Shown here: positions 38,106 through 42,441 of the stretch, one piece after another
Numbering within the stretch: the stretch's first letter is position 1
Layout: every line of letters starts with the position of its first letter
Assembly (NCBI GenBank): GCA_016927185.1
Contig: JAFGND010000002.1
Location: forward strand, 1 to 42,441
Reading direction: 5' to 3'
Length of the DNA: 42,441 nt
Origin: Candidatus Coatesbacteria bacterium
GTDB lineage: Bacteria > JAFGND01
The notes under the pieces: model-generated
What the model was told of the DNA's origin: nothing
What the model saw: only the letters and a program-made list of their open reading frames with translations
Database searches by the model: none
Translations under genes and position numbers: made by a program

Positions 38106-40069
38106 TTTTCCTTATTGCAGGAAGATTGCCTGCAATAGAGGGAACGTATGAGGAGCAGCAGGTTTATGAAATGCTTGAGGAAGGCAAATATATTGAAGCC
38201 CGTACTCTTGCGGAAAAAATAATAGAGAATAATCCTGCTTCATATGCTGGTCACTATGCCCTTGGCAAGGCTCTTCATTATGGTGAGGGGAATCTCCCGA
38301 GAGCATACATGGAAATGAAAACTGCAAGAAGGCTTTATGAATCAATGAATACCCCGTTTCCCGGTAGCAATAAACCCTGGAGATGGCATAGTTCCATATT
38401 GCTTGAACTTGCATGGATAGCAGGAGAGATGGATTTGAATGAGGAGAAGGTTGATATTCTGAAGACATTCAATCTCTATTATCTGCCAAAGCAGTATGCA
38501 CAGATTTCATGGCCATTGATGAAGCTTTACAGAGATGAGGAAGCAAAGCAGATGATACAGCTTGCTTTTGATACAGGGGACATAAATCAGCTTGAGGTTG
38601 GATACAATACACTGGGAGCACTTGAGTCGGAGAGATTCAACAGGGAAGAGGCATACAGGATTTTCACGAAACTTATAGAATATCTCAGCACAAGAGGATA
38701 TTTCGTTTCGCCAGTTTATTATGGAAATGCAGGTGGGGCAGCACTTGGTCTTCTGAAATTTGCTGATGCAGAAAGACTCTGGCAGGAGGGAACAAGGAAC
38801 TTCGAGTATGATACAAACACAAATCCATGGTTCTTTCTTGTTGATTTGTATACACTAGAAGGAAGGTATTCAGAAGCACTGGATGCAATAAAACAGGGAA
38901 TAGAATGGCAGCAGAAACAACCGTCTTATAAGGATCAGCAGAAAAGGGCACAGATTGAAGGTTATATTATACGTTTCCTTCTTGCAACTGGACAGGTTGA
39001 TGTTGCACTCGAAAAGACTTCAGTTCTGGTAAAGAAACCTGACAGGATGGGAATTATAAGCAGCTCGAAGGAGCAATTCAAGGCTGGCATGGCACTTCTT
39101 TACAGAAGAAGCCTTCTTGAAAAGGCAAGCATGCTTCGGGAAGAAATGACATACTGCTCATGGAAGGATTACTTCATAAACGCATTCAATATAATTCGTT
39201 ACAGATTTCATGCATGGCTGAAGGGTCGTCAGGCAATCTCCAAAATGATGACAAGCAAGAGATTATACATGACACTATCTTCATATGGAGAGGGAAGTAT
39301 TGTCTATCCTCAATGGCTTCTGGGAGACATCATTCCACTGCTCGGGACAGGTGTATTCATGAAGGGAATAGAAGATTCAAGAAAGTTTGCCAGATACAAG
39401 CCACTTGAAGCATATTTCACTGCAATGGAAGCAGAAGCGACTTACTTCAGGGGAAGTCATAAGGATGCTGAAAAGAGACTCAGTGAAGCAATCAAGGTTC
39501 TTCCAGCAGAAGAAGTGCTTTACAAGGCAAGACTGAAGGCGATGCTTGCAAATATATATGAAAGAAATGGGGATAATTCTGCTGCAGTAGAGTATTACAG
39601 CGCAATAATGAGAACGGATCCTGCTGTATTGAGAAGGCTAGAGATATCCCTGCCAGTTGAAGTAAAGGGAAGTGACAGAATCGCATCCATGCTGTATAAA
39701 TCACCACGCTTCAAGAAATCCGGAAATGGTTTTATCATTCAGATAAAGGGAACTGAATGGGACAGAAGCATTGAGCTTATGGACAGGAACAGCAATTCAG
39801 TAAGGACATTGCATCTTAAAAAACCAAAGGATGAGAAGGAAGCAAGCAAACTTCGTATTCCAATGGACAGTGACAAGGCAGCTGCTGCATTGTGCAACAG
39901 GGAATTGTTTGCACCACCAATAGACCTGTCACAGGCAAGCATTTTCAGTCTTGATGGAAGCCCGCTTTCAGTGAATCAGGATATATGGAAAAATATGGAA
40001 ATTATGCTCAAGAAGGAAAACAGGGATATGAATTCTTCGGATAAACCCTTGATGCGCAAGAGGAACTAA
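38054..40069 (+). CDS. Exported TPR-like helical repeat protein
   Basis: Signal peptide, repeated helical motifs (GKYIEA..A..II..NP, GRYSEALDAI). Confidence 0.75.
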   Translation: MHKKTHRNIVKILLACIVFLIAGRLPAIEGTYEEQQVYEMLEEGKYIEARTLAEKIIENNPASYAGHYALGKALHYGEGNLPRAYMEMKTARRLYESMNTPFPGSNKPWRWHSSILLELAWIAGEMDLNEEKVDILKTFNLYYLPKQYAQISWPLMKLYRDEEAKQMIQLAFDTGDINQLEVGYNTLGALESERFNREEAYRIFTKLIEYLSTRGYFVSPVYYGNAGGAALGLLKFADAERLWQEGTRNFEYDTNTNPWFFLVDLYTLEGRYSEALDAIKQGIEWQQKQPSYKDQQKRAQIEGYIIRFLLATGQVDVALEKTSVLVKKPDRMGIISSSKEQFKAGMALLYRRSLLEKASMLREEMTYCSWKDYFINAFNIIRYRFHAWLKGRQAISKMMTSKRLYMTLSSYGEGSIVYPQWLLGDIIPLLGTGVFMKGIEDSRKFARYKPLEAYFTAMEAEATYFRGSHKDAEKRLSEAIKVLPAEEVLYKARLKAMLANIYERNGDNSAAVEYYSAIMRTDPAVLRRLEISLPVEVKGSDRIASMLYKSPRFKKSGNGFIIQIKGTEWDRSIELMDRNSNSVRTLHLKKPKDEKEASKLRIPMDSDKAAAALCNRELFAPPIDLSQASIFSLDGSPLSVNQDIWKNMEIMLKKENRDMNSSDKPLMRKRN

Positions 40070-40875
40070 CGCATTGGGTTGCAATCCCAGTCAATTATAT
40101 CAGCATTGAAAACAGGTCCATCCTTGCATACTCTCAAATAAGGTATTTTTTCGTTGTTTGTCTTGATAACGCATCCCTGACAGACTCCCATTCCGCAAGC
40201 CATCCTTGTCTCCATGCTTACAAAGCATTGAAGAGCATGGACTTTAATGAATTCATTGTAAAGGGCTTTCAGCATCTTGAAATTCCCGCAGGCTAAGACA
40301 ATGGCATTTTCAATCTTTGTGTCTTTGTATCTACTCTTGGTCAGATCAATAACAGTTCCCTTGTAACCTATTGAACCATCCTCAGATGCGATATACTTAT
40401 CAACTTCCCTTTTGAATTTCAGCTCAACAAGATCAGTATTTTTCCTTACACCATAGAAAAAACTGAATTTATATCCATGCTTAAAGTTTTTATTCATGAA
40501 AGACAGAAGGGGTGGAAATCCAATTCCTCCTGATACCATTATAATCTCAGAAGGCTTTTTTGAATAAATCATTGAACCAAAGTCATTACCAAGAGGGGCA
40601 AGACATTGTAATTCAGTATCCACCTTGAGTCTGGATAATTTTCTTGTTCCTTCCCCGACAATTTTTACGTAAATAGACATCAGACTGCCTCTGCAAGAAG
40701 CGATTGAAAAGGGAAGCATGAAATCATCTTCAGTTACCTTGAGCATTATGAACTGTCCAGGTTTTGCAAGCTTTGAAATGCCAGGAAAGCTCAAGATCAA
40801 TCTGCATATGCCAGCATTCTTGTAAAGCTTCCTGTCTGTTATTGTTGCAGTAGTGAATGCAGTCTTGTTCATCAC
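40066..40875 (-). CDS. pyrK: Dihydroorotate dehydrogenase B electron transfer subunit
   Basis: PGQF, PFSI, GGIGFPP, MACGMGVCQGC, VCKDGPVF. Confidence 0.88.
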   Translation of the reverse strand: MMNKTAFTTATITDRKLYKNAGICRLILSFPGISKLAKPGQFIMLKVTEDDFMLPFSIASCRGSLMSIYVKIVGEGTRKLSRLKVDTELQCLAPLGNDFGSMIYSKKPSEIIMVSGGIGFPPLLSFMNKNFKHGYKFSFFYGVRKNTDLVELKFKREVDKYIASEDGSIGYKGTVIDLTKSRYKDTKIENAIVLACGNFKMLKALYNEFIKVHALQCFVSMETRMACGMGVCQGCVIKTNNEKIPYLRVCKDGPVFNADIIDWDCNPMR

Positions 40876-41008
40876 CCAATCCCTTCAGATGTCATCAAAT
40901 ACTGGTTTTCGAAAAATATTACAGGCATTTATGTCAAGTCAGTATTAGAAAGTAACTGGAAAAGCTAAAAGACATGGTGGACTAAAAGGAATGGATATAG
41001 TAAATTTT

Positions 41009-41046
41009 ATCCTGAATTCATTTCAGGATCTTGATTACTTATTTTT
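41009..41046 (-). repeat. REP-like palindrome downstream of CTD gene
   Basis: ATCCTGAA-TTCAT-TTCAGGAT perfect 8-bp stem, with flank similar to 2993-3028. Confidence 0.65.
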
Positions 41047-41052
41047 CACTTG

Positions 41053-41298
41053 CTATTTTATCTTTACTATCCTCTTAGTTTCTTTCCCAGCTTTCAGAAT
41101 ATAAACTCCCTCTCTCCAGCTGCTTGTATCAAGAGAGTGCTTGCCTTTATATAGTTTCATAATCAGTTGACCGGTTAGGGAATAGATTGCCCCTGAAGAT
41201 GGAAGGGAAACTGACAAGTGGGTGGTGAAGGGGTTGGGGGAAATAGAGAGGGAGGGTGAGGGAAGAGAAGAAGCTGTTTTGTTGTTCTTGAAACCATT
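41053..41298 (-). repeat. 246-bp linker+CTD module, copy 5
   Basis: Encodes NGFKNNK...SISPNPF...KETKRIVKIK. Confidence 0.92.
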
Positions 41299-42318
41299 AT
41301 ATCCATAGGTCTCTATAGCATAAAGATAAGTATCATTACTTCCAACATAAACAACTCCATCTGAGACACAAGGAGAGGAGCTAACACCATCATCTGTCTT
41401 ATATCTCCATTTAAAAGCTCCATCTGAGCAGTTTATTGCATAAAGGTGTTGATCACTACTACCAATATAAACTACTCCATCCGAAACATAAGGAGAAGAT
41501 TGAATCCAACCTGCTTCATATCTCCATTTGAGTGTTCCATCTGACGAATTTACTGCATAAAGATAATGATCAGTACTTCCTCCTATATAAACAACTCCAT
41601 CTGAAACACAAGGAGAAGAATAAATCCAACTGGTTCCGTATCTCCATTTCAGGGTTCCATCTGAAGCATTAACTGCATAAAGATGTTTATCACCACTTCC
41701 AAAATAAACAACTCCATCTGAAATGCAGGGTGAGGAGTAAACTTCACGTTCTGTTTTATATCTCCATTTCAGGATTCCATCTGAAGCATTAACTGCATAA
41801 AGATAAAAATCAAGACTTCCTACATAAACGTTTCCATCGAAAACACAAGGGGAAGAAGAAATCACTCCGTTTGTCTGATATTTCCACTTAAGAGTTCCAT
41901 TCATAATATCCACTGCATAAAGATAATAATCATTACTGCCAATATAAACAACTCCATCTGAAATGCAAGGAGAAGATTCAATAACTCCACCCAGCTTATA
42001 TCTCCATTTAATAACTCCATCTGTTGCATTTATTGCATAAAGATAATGATCAAGACTTCCAACATATACAGCACCATCTGAAACATAAGGAGAGGAGTAA
42101 ACTTCACCACCTGTCTGATATCTCCATATAAGATTTCCATCTGAGCACTTTATTGCATAAATGCAGTTATCATTACTTCCTACATAAATTGCCTCTTTTG
42201 TATTATAAGGAGAAGAGCGAACTTCATCTCCTGTCTTATATCTCCATATCAAATCCCCTGGAGCAGAAAAAAGAGAAGAAATTAATCCCAACAATAATAA
42301 TATATTAAGGCTTTTCAT
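41053..42318 (-). CDS. Secreted PQQ-like beta-propeller repeat protein with T9SS-like CTD
   Basis: AAGGAGG SD before ATG 42318, signal peptide, about eight similar 40-aa blades, shared CTD. Confidence 0.9.
   Translation of the reverse strand: MKSLNILLLLGLISSLFSAPGDLIWRYKTGDEVRSSPYNTKEAIYVGSNDNCIYAIKCSDGNLIWRYQTGGEVYSSPYVSDGAVYVGSLDHYLYAINATDGVIKWRYKLGGVIESSPCISDGVVYIGSNDYYLYAVDIMNGTLKWKYQTNGVISSSPCVFDGNVYVGSLDFYLYAVNASDGILKWRYKTEREVYSSPCISDGVVYFGSGDKHLYAVNASDGTLKWRYGTSWIYSSPCVSDGVVYIGGSTDHYLYAVNSSDGTLKWRYEAGWIQSSPYVSDGVVYIGSSDQHLYAINCSDGAFKWRYKTDDGVSSSPCVSDGVVYVGSNDTYLYAIETYGYNGFKNNKTASSLPSPSLSISPNPFTTHLSVSLPSSGAIYSLTGQLIMKLYKGKHSLDTSSWREGVYILKAGKETKRIVKIK
41315..42250 (-). repeat. Tandem ~120-bp blade repeats
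   Basis: tctccattt...ccatctga...gcataaagataa and acaactccatctgaaa recur every ~120 bp. Confidence 0.92.
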
Positions 42319-42441
42319 ATTAACCTCCTTGAATTTATTCCTTATTTTTGGCAATACTTTTAAAAATCTATACCCAATAACATTCTGGTAGATTTTATAT
42401 TATCTTTCTTTGTAAATCTCCATATAGTCAAAAAAAAAAAA

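Noticed and set aside
40066-40875. FlxA/NfnA partner for HdrABC
   Set aside because: MACGMGVCQGC and VCKDGPVF fit PyrK better, and no flxBCD or nfnB is nearby.
41315-42250. CRISPR array
   Set aside because: The 120-bp periodicity is a protein repeat with no unique spacers and no cas genes.
42430-42441. Terminal poly-A as a phase-variable tract or retro-element tail
   Set aside because: Truncated at the window edge; may be a terminator U-tract or an assembly end, and cannot be evaluated.

Overview
AT-rich bacterial chromosome segment, probably from an anaerobe of the FCB-related candidate phyla (inferred from T9SS-type C-terminal domains plus hdrABC; not verified). The core holds hdrCBA, tyrS, pheST, tatC, a spore photoproduct lyase-like radical SAM gene, ktrB/ktrA, a kinase-less HAMP sensor, a beta-CASP nuclease, topA, a Zn-ribbon/TPM/Tim44 operon, two sigma54-preceded type IV pilins between a degenerate sulfatase and a DUF2723/TMEM260-like transferase, a GlcD-like oxidoreductase, a MoxR ATPase with a TPR protein, and an orphan pyrK. 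The most striking feature is a dispersed family of five beta-propeller genes (one WD40, four PQQ/BamB-like). All end in the same indel-free 246-bp linker plus T9SS-like sorting module, which is mosaic between copies. Two of the genes carry near-identical 120-bp blade repeats that vary mainly at a few loop codons and are shared between loci 40 kb apart. This suggests a recombination-driven library of diversified surface proteins. No rRNA, tRNA, CRISPR array, transposase, integrase or reverse transcriptase was recognised. All calls are by eye from motifs; no database searches were run.
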